A stretch of DNA of 53,241 bases, the filler included, from Catajapyx aquilonaris (lineage: Eukaryota): NCBI GenBank assembly GCA_000934665.2. It is 3 parts of 3 records of this genome, joined end to end, with 100 filler letters (N's around TTAATTAATTAA, not from the genome) between each part and the next. Parts side by side here need not be neighbours in the genome. Positions count along the whole stretch, not along the records: positions 1 to 17,659 come from JYFJ02006894.1; 2 more parts are not named here. One strand, 5' to 3'. The translations under genes were made by a program, and so were the position numbers. Shown here in pieces: positions 1 through 13,500 of the stretch; the first letter of the stretch is position 1, and each line of letters begins with the position of its first letter. Under the pieces are notes generated by a model. The model searched no databases. It was not told the origin of the DNA and was given only the letters and a program-made list of their open reading frames with translations.

Positions 1-1366
1 AGCTGCGCCTCTGGCGGCCAGACCTTACATCACACTCACACCCCGCTAGAGGGAAAACGGCCCCAGTTTTGCCACCATACCCTGTTTATCCATCTTGCCA
101 CCTACTGTATTCCTGTTTTGTTTAATTAACTGCAGTCCCGCTACTTCAGCCACATCATGTAATTTCCGAACGCACATCCGCCACCTCCGCTTCCCTCTCC
201 CTCCTCCCCTCCTGAAAGTTGAAGAATATCGAACGGATGATGCGATAATTATAATCCATGAATGAATGAGCCCAGTTCATGACTCCTACGGCTAATTACT
301 GATGCGGCTGGCTAATGACAAATCCAGCCGACCAGCAAGGCATAAAAACGGGTTCCGATTCCGGAACCGGCCCACTTCTTTTTCGGTCGTTGCTGCCCAG
401 CCGCATTCGTGTAACGAAGCGAGGTTGCTTCCCCTTTCGCCATTCGAATTTAGTGCACAAAAGGGAGAAGAGAAGTGGAGGAAACATCCGTTTCTTTTAT
501 TGTCGGAGGTTCATCCACGGTTTCTACCCGCCCCAGACTGGACCCGGGGCCTGCCCCGGGCTTGTGGACTGAACCCTAGGACGTGTGTGGATATTGTGGC
601 TTATAGTGCGTTTGTTCCAGAATGCAGATTTGCCTTGGAGTTGAGTGAGTGAGATCGGCTGAGGAAGATTCCATTCTTCGTCCGTTTGTGGGATTCCAGG
701 CCTTCTTTGGCTGACTGAAACCGGGTTTACAACCTATCTGTGGTGAGTCACTGGGGATGGTCTGTTGCATGGGTGGGTTTTTACTGGGTGCATTGTTCAA
801 GTCAGTTGCAAACTACGTATGACAAGCTGCCACACACTTGAGGAGTAGGCTTCATGTGTAGTGGTCAGCCTGATGGGCTCCTGGTTTGGTAAAAGTGCTG
901 CATTGCTTAGTGCAGAACGTGAGCCGTTAACGATTGGAGTGTAATATGGGGATGCCCTGTCTGAAGCCGCTTGCGCACAAAATGCATGATTTCGGCTAAA
1001 GGTGATTGCACATTCTTGGTACCCGGGGATTGTGTCCAAATGCAACATTTGTCCAGCATAATTATGAGACTTGGAAAGTGGGCTGTTGGGTCAGATCAAC
1101 GTGCATGTTACATCCCATGGTACATTTGTTGACAATGTATAAGCCTGAAGGACTGCTTCAAATAAAGAAATTGTTAATCACTGAGCCTAAAAATAATTGT
1201 ACTTAATTGTTAAAATCCTGTCCAGATTTTAAAATTAGTAATACATGTGACTGTTTCAAAATGCAACTTGTCCGAAACAGTATGATATTTTAGAGTTTGC
1301 TATGGACGGATTTCACTGTACAGTGTACACTATTTTACTTTCAATTTGTAGTGAACTGAATTTTTA

Positions 1367-1526
1367 AGTGGCGTTCAGACGAGGCAACTTGGTTGCAGCA
1401 ATGTGGCTGCAACCTGAAATACACGGAGAGAATAGGAAGTTGCAGCAACCCAAAAAATGCTGCAACTTTTCTGCAACCGGGGGCTGCAACCAGGGTGCAG
1501 CCAGGTTGCCTCGTCTGAACGCCACT
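1367..1526. mobile_element. PIF/Harbinger (Tourist-like) MITE upstream of the fzr start codon (probable 5' intron)
   Basis: TIRs AGTGGCGTTCAGACGAGGCAAC / GTTGCCTCGTCTGAACGCCACT, with TTA duplicated at 1364-1366 and 1527-1529; internal TGCAAC repeats. Confidence 0.85.
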
Positions 1527-2090
1527 TTAGGTTATCTTGTGAATTTGGTGGGCACGTAACAATTTGGACTTTTGTTTTACTTTGAGTGGCTATTAGAAAT
1601 ATTAACTTCTAATATTAGGTTGTGTGTAATTATCCTTTAATGCAGTCTCTGCAATCATGGATTCTTTCATTTGTGTTCCATGTAAATTCCTTCAATAAAT
1701 CACTTTTCCATTGGAAATTCATTGCAATTCAAAACCTGGATGTGTCATTCAATATGGCCTAATATTATCAGATAATACTTTTGATAACTACTACGAGAAA
1801 CTCTGCAAGAGTACCTCCTTCTTATCAGCTTCGTGCAAAAAAAATTGCAACAGCAATTGGACAAGTACTCTGGCTCGCCCCATATTATAATCGAAGGCTG
1901 TTGCACATGTTGGAACTTGTCAGTAACCAGTACATGTTCAAAGACTGCAACACTCAGCAGGGCTGTCCTTCAGGGCCAATGTGATTGGCTCATCCTTGGG
2001 CTCATAAGCAGAGTGTCACAGTTTCAAAACTGTAACTAAATGAGTACTGCATGAAATTTTAAGAAACATGTCATTTTTATCCAGCTTGGG

Positions 2091-4889
2091 ATGATTGACC
2101 AGGACTACGAGAAGCGACTTCTTCGCCAGCACAACGGCCAAAATGGTACCATGCTGCCATCCATGACATTGACACCTCCTGTTTCGGTAAGGAATATTTT
2201 TCAATGACATGCTTTGTGTTCGTTTATTGTAACTTCCAATGAAATTTGCTTCATTATTGTACAATTCTATCTTAGCCACACAAACCATCTACACCTGTCA
2301 AGTCCCCGAAGAAAGAAATCTACGGGGATCGATTCATACCAAGCAGAGCAGGGAACAAGTGGCAGATCAGTTTCTCAATGATTCCAGTGAGTTGCATGCT
2401 ATTAAAGTAAAAGGGGTGTGCAAAATGAGACAAGAATTACATTACTGTCATTTTTAGGAAAACAACAAGCCAGCTGTGACACCTAAGAAAGCACGAGACT
2501 CAACTGAAGGAAACAGGGATGGCTTGGCCTACTCGTGCCTGCTGAAGAATGAGTTGCTGGGCGCTGGGATTGAGGACATAAAGGATCAGAGTGAAGACAG
2601 AAGAGTTTTGATCCCACTGGAGGGGAAAAATTTATTTCATGTGAGCAGTAACTCTGATGATTATTAAATGCTTTGTAGATGGACATGCTTACATGAAATT
2701 ACTATTTTCAGTATCACACAAGAAGGAACAACATAGTCAATGAGCCCTCATCCCCTTACTCACTCTCGCCTGTGAGCAGCAAGAGTCAGAAGCTACTCCG
2801 CTCACCCAGAAAAACAACACGAAAGATATCCAAAATTCCTTTCAAGGTACAGCTGCATTTATTAAGGATCTAACTAATTGCACAGGTTTTTCACGCTCAG
2901 AGCCTTGATGTACTGAGTTAACTTGTTATAATGAGGATAGGGTTATTGCCAAAATAACTGGACCACTCTGGTTACTTTCAGGTTTTGGATGCACCAGAGC
3001 TTCAGGATGACTTCTACCTGAACCTTGTGGATTGGTCATCCCAGAATGTCCTGAGTGTGGGTCTTGGAAGCTGTGTGTATCTGTGGTCTGCATGCACCAG
3101 CCAGGTCACTCGACTGTGTGACTTGTCCAGTGATGGGGACACTGTCACTTCTGTTGCCTGGAATGAGCGGGTAGGGCCATTATTCTTTGCAAAATTTCGT
3201 CATTGGGACTTACAGAAGATCACAATGAGGACCTGAAACACAATGCCCCTGCCATTTACTTAACCTGTACTGTTTCTTTTCTAGGGTAACTTGGTGTCAG
3301 TGGGCACCCATAAAGGTTACGTGCAAGTGTGGGACGTCTCGATGAGCAAGCGAGTGAATGTGCTTGAGGGCCACTCAGCCCGTGTAGGTGCTCTGGCCTG
3401 GAATGGAGAGGTTCTGTCTTCAGGCAGCAGAGACCGCTTAATACTGCAGAGAGATGTGCGTTCCCCATCCTTGGTCCCAGAGCGCCGCCTGGCTGGACAC
3501 AGGCAGGAGGTTTGTGGGCTCAAGTGGTCGCCTGATTCCCAGCATCTGGCCTCTGGAGGAAATGACAACCGATTGTATGTCTGGAACCTGCACTCCCTCG
3601 CTCCTGTGCAAGCCTACACAGAACACTTGGCTGCTGTCAAGGCCATTGCATGGTCTCCCCACCACCATGGTTTGCTGGCCAGCGGAGGAGGAACAGCTGA
3701 CAGATGCATACGTTTCTGGAATACTCTCACAGGGCAGCCCATGCAGTGCATTGACACTGGCTCACAGGTCTGCAACCTGGCCTGGTCCAAACACTCGTCA
3801 GAGTTGGTTAGTAGTGTTTCTATCTTGGTAACGTAATAGCTGAATTTTTGGCATTGATTTCACTTTTCTTATTACTTCAGGTGAGCACTCATGGCTACTC
3901 CCAGAACCAAATCCTGGTGTGGAAGTATCCCAGCCTGACACAGGTGGCCAAGTTGACTGGTCATTCCTACCGAGTGCTTTACTTGGCCATGTCCCCTGAC
4001 GGGGAGTCCATTGTCACAGGTGCAGGAGATGAGACCCTCAGGTTCTGGAATGTCTTCAGCAAGGCCAGGTCACAGAAGGTAAGAATCACATTATTGCATC
4101 ACAAGAAATAATTATGAAAATTGCCCAAAATTATCTGCATACGTGCAAATACTAGCCCAGCCCACTCCATCTGAAATGAGCTGATTTAAAGACTAGGTGG
4201 TAAAAACTGCCCTTATCAATCACATTAGAAGCATCACAAAGAAAATCTCAGAAACACTCAACAATTATAAGCAATATATCTGTTCTGGATGAGATTCACT
4301 AAAACAATGTGTGACTAAATTGGGAACAAGTGTTACTGAGCATTTTGTATTTCGTGCAATGGTAGAATTGTAGAGTATTCCAGTCCTGTCCATTCCTTGT
4401 TTATTGATTTTGGCAGTGTGCATAGTGTGAAAGTCTGAGCATAGACTGATGTCACTTACGTGCCATCTAACAGTTAACGAGAACTCCAAACTCCGTAATT
4501 GAATGCCACAATTCTTGCTGTGGTGACCAATTAGTTACGAGATTGTACACAAGGAGTGCAAGAGGCTAAGTTTGATCACTGACAGTAAGATTCAGAAAAG
4601 CACGCGTTAGTGGTGGTGTTTTACATATGAAAACAATCTCATCCACAATGATGACATGTGCCTCATTGGACTTTCCTAGAAATGTCACTGTTCTCAGCCT
4701 ACTGCGAGTCTTGCAGAACATATTTCAGATAATTCATAATTGACGCATTTTGAGGGCTTTTAGTGAAACAAAACTCTTTACTTTCTATTGACTTAGAAGA
4801 AACTATTTGCGTGACAGCTTATATTCACACTTTGTATTCTTTTGCAGGAGAACAAGTCGGTGCTTAACCTTTTTACTAGCATCCGATGA
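2091..4889 (+). CDS. fzr: Fizzy-related / Cdh1 APC/C co-activator (WD40), 8 coding exons, 491 aa
   Basis: Exons 2091-2186, 2276-2386, 2458-2640, 2712-2846, 2982-3170, 3285-3806, 3881-4078 and 4848-4889, all GT-AG and in frame. Starts MIDQDYEKRLLRQ; has C-box DRFIPSR, LAYSCLLKNELLG, KVLDAPELQDDFYLNLVDWS, WD40 repeats and the C-terminal IR tail (NLFTSIR*). Confidence 0.97.
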
Positions 4890-6263
4890 GTCTGTTTCTA
4901 AACAGAGGCCACCATTTCCCTCAGTTGTTTTGAGATGCCCATAGGAGGAAAGAGCTGTAAATATGTGGACTAACAAAAATCAGTTGTCATGCTTAATGAT
5001 AATCATATAGCAAGTGAGTTGAGGAAAACACATAGGTACAGTACCATAGCAATGTATAGGGGATCAGGATAGTAGATGTGCCATTTTATAATTTTGGTGG
5101 CTGGAAAATTTTTCGTGAGGGATGTGCAAGAGACATTCTATATTTTCAAGCTTTCTGTCTGATTTTTTTTGTCCACAAGTGTGAAATCTTGAGATTGACC
5201 AAGACAAAAAACAAAACAAAAATATACTTTAAATTTTACCATAGTGTGTTTTTGATGTATTTAATTTATCAACTGTTTACTAAGTTCTATATTTTGTGTA
5301 CTTTACTTGTTTATAAGAGAAGGTGAAAATGAAAAAAAAAAACAAAAAAACGATTTTTGGCAACAAGAACCAGTGAAATTATGTGTTTACATGTGTTTGT
5401 ATACAAAGAATTTCCAATTATGTACAAGTAACTTTTTTTCTCCAAATTTCAAAATGAGCTATGCTGCTATTTTGATTTGTAAACATCATTTCTATGACAA
5501 ATAGTAATCAATTGCACTGCCATTGTACAAGAATTTATTTTTGTCAGGTTGTTAGGCTTACACTGGTTGGAATATTATTGCTTTTGGTGTTTTGGTTTGA
5601 AGCATGTGTGGATCAGTATACATCATAAAATTGTCAAGTGTATATTATAGCCTATTTTTTGTTATGTGTGTGACAATCAAGGCTTGTCACGTGCTTGGTA
5701 GCGAGTGTCACCTGAGTGTTTAGAAAGCGAGTAGCATCTAATATACACGGTGTGAATGCGGCTTCTGTGGAAGAATTTGATGCAAACTGTGAAATTAATG
5801 AGATATCCGCAACATATCATGACAAAAGTGTTATGCATGTTGTGCACATATGGTATGTTTTTCTAAGGAATTAAAACATTGCATATGAAGTCTCATCTAT
5901 GCCTGTGGTATGCAGTTCACTCTTGTCATGATATGCCAATGGACTGTATTTTTTGCAAGTTTTGTTTATATGAGAGTTGTGAATTAGTGTCAGAATTTGC
6001 ACCACATGTTGTAATGAGTTAAATTATTTTTGTTGTCGTAATATGGAGATTCACAGTGTTCTCCATGTTGATTTTTTCATGTGCAAATGTTCATTATGAT
6101 GCACGTCAAAATGTTAAGGCCCCTTTACACTGGGTTGTTCTTAATCAGCTGTGCAGCTATAGAGGAAGCAGAATTTCTCTTAATTTTTGATGGTGGCAAT
6201 ATTGGCCTATCATCAACAATGAAGAGGAACACTGATATGGAAATAGCTGTGACAACTGTGTAA

Positions 6264-6416
6264 AGCGGCGTTTACATGTGAGTGATTTGATCATGTGATA
6301 ACAATGCTGAGTAACCTGAGTAACCAGAATTGTTGGAGGTGAAAATCGATTGTTACTTTCACCTCAAACAATATTGGTTACTTTGCTCGTCAAATCGCTC
6401 ACATGTAAACGCACCT
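6264..6416. mobile_element. Harbinger-like MITE downstream of fzr (3' UTR or intergenic)
   Basis: TIRs GCGTTTACATGTGAGTGATTTGA / TCAAATCGCTCACATGTAAACGC; flanks TAA and TGA. Confidence 0.7.
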
Positions 6417-7583
6417 TGAGGATGGTCTCATGCAAATGAGGCTTTACTTGACTGCCTCATGATTCATGATGCCTAAGCGAAGACAGCAGCAGGGATTCAA
6501 TATTTATTTTCCAATTCTGGTTCTAGAAGCCAATGTGTGCTGCACATGCAATGGTTTGTGAGCTGATTTAGGCATTAAAATTGAATCCATTGCTACCTTG
6601 TTCACTGTGGAATAAGGCACATGTGACAGTTAACGTGCAGATCTAAGTTTGTGTGAGGGGTACACAGTCTTAACCTCAATCACAGGCTGTGACGCTTCAT
6701 AGTAAACATGAAGTGTCAAGGGATTTGTCATTGTGAGCAGTTAGGACTTTGTGTTTCCCATGGACGTGGTGCTGAATTTTCTGTTGGAGAGCAAAAGTAT
6801 CATGACGCATTAAGCATGCAAGACATTGATTGTGGTATCCTTGACCTGTCAAATGAGTAATTTACTTGTCCAGGGTATTATCATCACATTAAGTGCTTTA
6901 AATGTGCCAGTTCAATGCATCATGAGTGTGTCATTTCTGATTCAGTTCTAATTCAAGCAGTGTGTCACAGGAAGTGTGTAGCAACTGTTTACAAGAGTGG
7001 AAAACTTAAATGTATATTATAATGCACATTAAAATTTGATAAGTTCAGCGAGTGTGTGAGAAATTATTCATTGGCTCCTCGTAGCGTTAACAATAGTGTA
7101 TTTATTTAAAGCAGGATCACTAATGCATGGCAAATCCAGGAAAGATTTTTTGTAAACAGTGTTAATGTCACAATTATGTAATCATGTACATCAAATGAAA
7201 TGGTGAGCCATGCCAGCTTTAATGGTGGTAAGATAATTAGCATGTCAAACTATGAACATTTAATAAATGTGTAAAATAACCTTTCCAACAGGTATTTTAT
7301 TTTATTATTATAACATTTAATTGAAAAACTTGTGTTTGAAAATGCGGTCAAAATTGGATGGGAAACGCAGGATTTGAATTTGGCGGTAGTATATAGAGAG
7401 CTTTCAGAATTCGTCACCAGAGGCGCTAGTGAACAAAAAGTACGATTGGTGGACGCCATGCCAGCCTCACAACCGGCCTGGTTATGGCGTCCTGTGCAAG
7501 CAGGGGTTTCCAGCGCCGTAGGACGAAAGAGGAGTTGAGCCGGACCCGTGGGAAGGAGTGATGCCCCCAAGTGATCAGGGGCC

Positions 7584-10500
7584 ATGCTGGTGCCTATGGA
7601 AGTGGTGGCGGCGGCCACTTACAAGAGGAAGGAGCCCTGGCAGGCCTGCTTTTGGACCAGAGAGGTTCGACTGCATGCTGATGGATGGCCACCTGTCACC
7701 TCCTGTGCGTTGGGGTTACTCATGGCCGGATGTTATTTCAGGATGAGGTGGTGGCAGTTGACGCAGAGCAGGTGGCTGCTCTCAATCTGCAGACTGGGAA
7801 GATCAGGAAGGTCCGGGGATTGCAGCAGCACCTCGGGGCCATCGTGGCCTTTGGACAGAGTGGTACGTTGTGGGCTAGTGAGGTTTGAATGGACTGCACT
7901 GCAAATGGAACACACTGTATATGCAGTCAATGACCAAGTTCTCAGTAGGCCTATTTACATCCTGTCACATTGCTTTCTAGGTCCATTCCTGTGTGGCCTT
8001 CTCACCTGTGGTGATCTGGTTATCTGGTCTAGTGAATGTGATATGATCTTCAATGTTAAGGGCTTACCAGATCTTTGCCACGGTGTGACTCACCCGGAGT
8101 CAAAGCAAGGATCATTCTCATGGCTATCCAAAGCCTCCAAAAGAAATGTCCAGCAGCCAAAAGAGGAAGTGCATAAGGTGTCCAATACTGTAGTCTACGT
8201 CACAGATGATGTCAGGTGCATTTTGATTGTGATGGGTTGCAATCAGATTTACTTGTGGGAAGCATGGGATGATGTCACGTGCAAAGACCAAGCAGGTGAC
8301 ACCATTACTGGTCGCTGGGAGATTGTCCTGCCTGATGCTCTGACAACGTTGCCTACAGGCAAGGAGGAAGTTTCCATAACAGTCACCCACAGCTTTGATG
8401 AAGTAGGTGAATAACTGCTATTTCCTTCACTCAGGGTTATTGTAATTGTGCATTGTTTCAGGTGAAAGGAGTTTTCTTGCTGTGCACATCTGCATTTTTT
8501 GGTATGGACTCGATCATAGTCTCTACAGCAACACTGCAACACCTTCAAAGCGCCTCAGTTGACGTAGCCCCAGGAAAACCTGCCTTTGATTGCATGTGGA
8601 AATCACAGACAATCTTGTTCAGCTCATGTCATCCAGCAGTACAGCCTTTACGCATGAAAGGCTCGATTCTGGCAAGGTGGTGTAACCTTTAACTTCTACA
8701 AACTTTTCCCATCCAATCAGGCTGAAAATTAAGTTGCAGGTAGTACCAACTAACTAAAAAGTAATTATTGGAAATATTTCTGATATGGCCAATAATCGTA
8801 GGTTGTGGATTGAAAGTTGCATAAAATTATGGGTAAAACTCACAACTAAGATGAAAGAAGTGAAAACTGATATGGTGCAGACTGGTACCCATAAGCCTCC
8901 AATGAGAGGGGTTAGTTGGTTGCATCCCCCTCCTGCCAGCACTTCACAGGGTAATGGGTTACAGTAGCCCTATTTTTTTTGCTTGCAACTCGGACATGCG
9001 ACTTGTGAATTTCATCAATTATTTTCTGCCCTACAATTTACCTGTGATGTAATTTTCAACCCAATTGGAGGGGTTTTCCATTAGCCTTCCTCTGCAAGTG
9101 AAGATGAATTGAAATTGCATTCTGCAAGCACACTTACGCCAAACAAATGTTTCAGATTGTCACACCATGGCCATATTTTAGCATTGGCTGTGAATCAAGA
9201 AGTAGCTGAGCAATGCAAACTGTTCCTCATGCATCCTTGTGGAAAGCTCATCACACAGGTTGATCTCAGTCTTCGTTGCAAGCATGAGTCCACAGAGTGT
9301 AGGCATTTCTGGATAACAGACCTGGCCTGGACACACAATGATCTTTACATTATGAGTATCACCAGAAGTGGCGACCTCTTTATGACCAGTTGTGCCGGAG
9401 AAACTCTCTTAGTTTCTAGTCAAGGATTTTCTAGTGATAAACCAAGTCAGCAATTGGCGGTGTTTCCCAAAGTTTATGGGTGAGCAAAACTTTTTGTTTC
9501 TACCAGGTATTTGAAAATATGTGAAATTCAACACATTCATGCAGGTCATGCAGAGATGGCAAAGATGATGGTGAAGATGGATGTAATCGAAAATACTCAG
9601 TTTCAACCCATACTAGTCTGCCATTAGTCCTTTGCTCTTCAGGGATTAAATTTGTGGAGTTTTGCATAATTGAACAAGTGTTCAGGTGGAGTATTAAAAG
9701 TTGACATATTAAATCTGACATTTTCTTTATTTTAATGATTGTATCTTTTGACCAAAGGCCCCTGAATGTGGTTGAAATACTTCTAATTGAGGGACAGCTA
9801 TTTTCAAACATGATGAAATCAGCACCAATACCAGCATATGCAGCATTAAAGTACAAGCCTGCACCAGATCCTTCGCAACGTGATAGTTCAAGGAAGTACA
9901 AAATGTCTCTTGCCAAGAGTATAAAGAGAGGGGTACAAGAGATGGTTCATAACATTACCACATCAGCCACTGAAGAGTCTCTCAAGGAAAAAAGTAAGCC
10001 AGGTGTATGTGTGCATTTATCACCAATAAGAGGTGCTTTTTTCCAGAGCTGTTGTGTGCCAAAGAACTGAGTTTAGAGGAGGTGTGGGCCAGAATAATTT
10101 ATCCACAAGTGTCAAGTTTAGTCAGCAAGGAGGGAACCTTGACAGGGAAACTGCTTCTCAGGGAAGTCACATGTCGACTCCAAAGTGTTTGGACATTGTG
10201 TGGCATCTATGGAGATATCAAGAAGAGAGAGTGGAGTGTTCTCTCAAATCATCATTTCATCCAACTTTTCAGGACATTTGGAGATGCGATTTGCTCTAGT
10301 AAGTAGGAAAGGTGCACAGCTTATCACAAGTAGCATGTAGTGTTAATTAATTCCACATGCAAATACATTATAGAAATTGAAATTTAATATTGAATAGGAA
10401 ATTGTTCCAATACTTTCCACTTTTTTTCCTGTTCCTAGGTCAAGAAATTAATAAAGTACAAACTTCAGAGATTTTCCGTGCCATATTCTCCTTCTTTGCT

Positions 10501-13500
10501 GCCAGTGTGCTGCAGGAGAATGTCAATAGTGGCTACATGGTGCTGGTGCTGATGAAGCTGGCCCATGAATTGCCCAAATGTCTTTCAAAAGAGAATTGTG
10601 GAGACATGGAAGCCTTGTCATTTTGCTGCACATTTTTACACTGGCTTGAAGGAAAACTTTGTGCCATCTTTCGCTCAGAACAAACCATATTTGTGTCTGG
10701 AAATGCAGAAGGCAACATTTGCACCACCTCAATGCCATCATCTTTGAAGAGCTTTTTGTACAGTGAGTGGCGAGGCTTGGTTAGAGTGGCAAAAGTTATC
10801 CGAAAAAAATACTCAACTCACCCAGATCTCAAAGTTCAATGCACAGACCTGTCAAAGGACATGAAAAAGGAGATGAAGAGGCTTCTGTCTAGTCCAAAAG
10901 TGCCAAAGAAATCATGTACAGAAATTGTAGTTCCATTATCATCAGGGTTTGCCTCAGAAAAAGTGGAGGCATTCAAGAGCCTCTTGTTGGAAAAATATGG
11001 TGACTGTAAAGAGTTATCTCACAAGAATTATCATGGATTGTCCCATCACATGCATTCAGTGTTATACCTGCTTCTGCTAGACGGTAACCTAAGTGGAGCC
11101 ATGGATTTTATATATTGGTTACTGGAAATTGGCATTGAGCATGGAAAATCCTTGAAAGGGAATACTGAAGAAAGGTCAAAAAGTACAAAGAATTTAACAT
11201 TCCTAGCAAGATCTGTGGTTCTCAGCTTTGCTCGACTCTTGGCGTGCTACTTTACAAGCAGGGAAATGAGATTTTCATCTGTCTTGGGGAAAAGGCAACT
11301 TGGTTTTACATCCAAGAAAGATAAAAAAGGCAAGTATAGTACTTTACAAACATAGTGTGTGAGTTACATAATTTTTTTTTGACTCCTTTGCAGATGAGAC
11401 AAGTAAGACATGCATCCCGCAGAAGAAAATGACAAAATTGATATGTGATGAAGGACTGGAATGTACCCTGACTCCTAGTCTTGTGGTGAAGTTATTTTTG
11501 TGGCTCGGGGCAACAGATGAAGCTGTGAGGTTGTCAACTGAGTTAGGAGATGGAAGGGCTGCAATCCTGCTGACTGGATTTTTTGAAACACTGTCAAAAT
11601 TACCAAGGTAATTTCTTTAAGAGAGACTTTCTATAGCAAGAAAACTTTCACCTTTGAAATTAAAATTTCATGAAATTATTTTTTGTTTGGCTATAATATT
11701 AAGTTCTGTGAATGTGGGTGAATGCTCTTAGTCGGAGGCTGTTAGAAATGACCGATATCATAATATGGCATTAGTTCCAGCTTGGTTTTTGAATTTTCAT
11801 AGTTGCAGGGAAATAATGCAACAATCATTAGCATTTTAAGAATGGCATGCATTTTTATGAAATAATTTGTTACAATGGGTCAGTGGTAGTGAAAGTGACT
11901 TTTATTAGTTTCAGTAACTTGCAACTGTTAGAAAAGTCATCGGAAGAGTTGTTAATCTCGGAATTGCACACTCTGTTGGAAGACATCTCTGTTAGTGCCA
12001 AAGTTCACAGATCATTAAGTGATACCTTTCTGGCTGGAGTATTTTTCAACATAGATCTGATTCAAGTGAGCCTTACTAAAGTACTGATAAGAATCAAAGA
12101 CAATGTTTGCAAGCTCTCTCTGATTGTTGGAGAAGAGATATACCTACCAGCACCACCATACTACTGTCCACAACCTATGATTGATGATGAAGATGAGGAG
12201 ATGCAGAGAGACTCCAATTTTTGTGACAGTGATGTGGTTAACAGGCGGCAGCAAGTTGAGAGTGAAGTAAGGCAACAGATATCACGGGACTGTCACCTAG
12301 TCTTGGAGATTTTGAAAAGGGGACACACAGTGATAGCATGTGTGGAGTATGTGAAGTACTTAACACAGTTGTACCAAATCAAGGAAGAGTTTGGGGTAAG
12401 CATTGGTGTAAAAATAAGGTGAACAGGACTTTTCAAATGCACTATTTTCAGGATGTTGCGCCACAAGAAGAACAGTGTTTCCGAGACCTGTGTGATGTGA
12501 TATTTCCTCTTGCGGAAGGATTACCAACCCCATCTGCACCTCTCCAGCCCATTTTTGTGGTTGTGAGTTTGTTCAGGCACTTCAGCAAGATGTTTTGGGC
12601 ACTTCACTTGAGGGATCACCTGTCACTGAGCATAAGGGCTCACTATCTTCAGATAGTAAAGATGAAACCATTTGAAGTGAGTGTACCTATGGAATTAAGT
12701 ATAAAGGGTGGTCAAGCAAGATGTACTCACTGCTTATTGAAATGTTACCTATTTAGCTATCACCAATAAAAGTGAAAATATTGGGTTACATGTTGTAGTT
12801 GGGAATAAATGTGGTGGCTCTTCTGTTACATTGGGGAGGGGAAGGGGGGAGCAATTGTGACTATGTCCCGTATGCAGTCTCTAAGAAAATACAAATTTGG
12901 AGCATGCATTTCTATTTTGGGGCATGAAATAACTAAATTCGGATACTCATGGACATATATTTAAAACGAATCCCTTGGGTTATTGTAAATTTGAATTACA
13001 GTAAAACCTCGATATAACGCTCTTCAAGGGACAGCCCAAAAGTAGCATTATAAGCGGGATAGCATTATATGCAGGAGCGTTATATCCAGGTTTTACTATG
13101 TGTTTTCATATTTCAGGGTTCAAGCACAAAGCTCATCCACATGCAAGACATTCTGGTATGGAGCTACCTGCTAATGCCTCATGCTGAAGAATTTGGTTGG
13201 AAGTTTGAGCTTTCCCGAGTTGTGACTTCATTGTTGGGAGAAGCCCAAATGACAGTTGCCACTGCAAATCTGGCAGCACATCTTTTTCCAGAGTATCCTA
13301 ATGTACCCAGAAACATCCAAGGGACAATGGATTGCATACTTCAGTTGTGGGGGAAAAGTGCAGTGGATGTCAAGGGATTGATTCAGCTTGATACCTACTT
13401 CAAGGAAAGGTGCAAAGATGTCCAGATTTTTTTGGCCAATGAGAGACAAGCATACACAACAAGCAGCCTTGAAAGCCCACTGTCTGATTTCAGTGCAGAA

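Noticed and set aside
296..2039. Short ORFs upstream of fzr
   Set aside because: No recognisable domains; they overlap the promoter, the probable first intron and a MITE.
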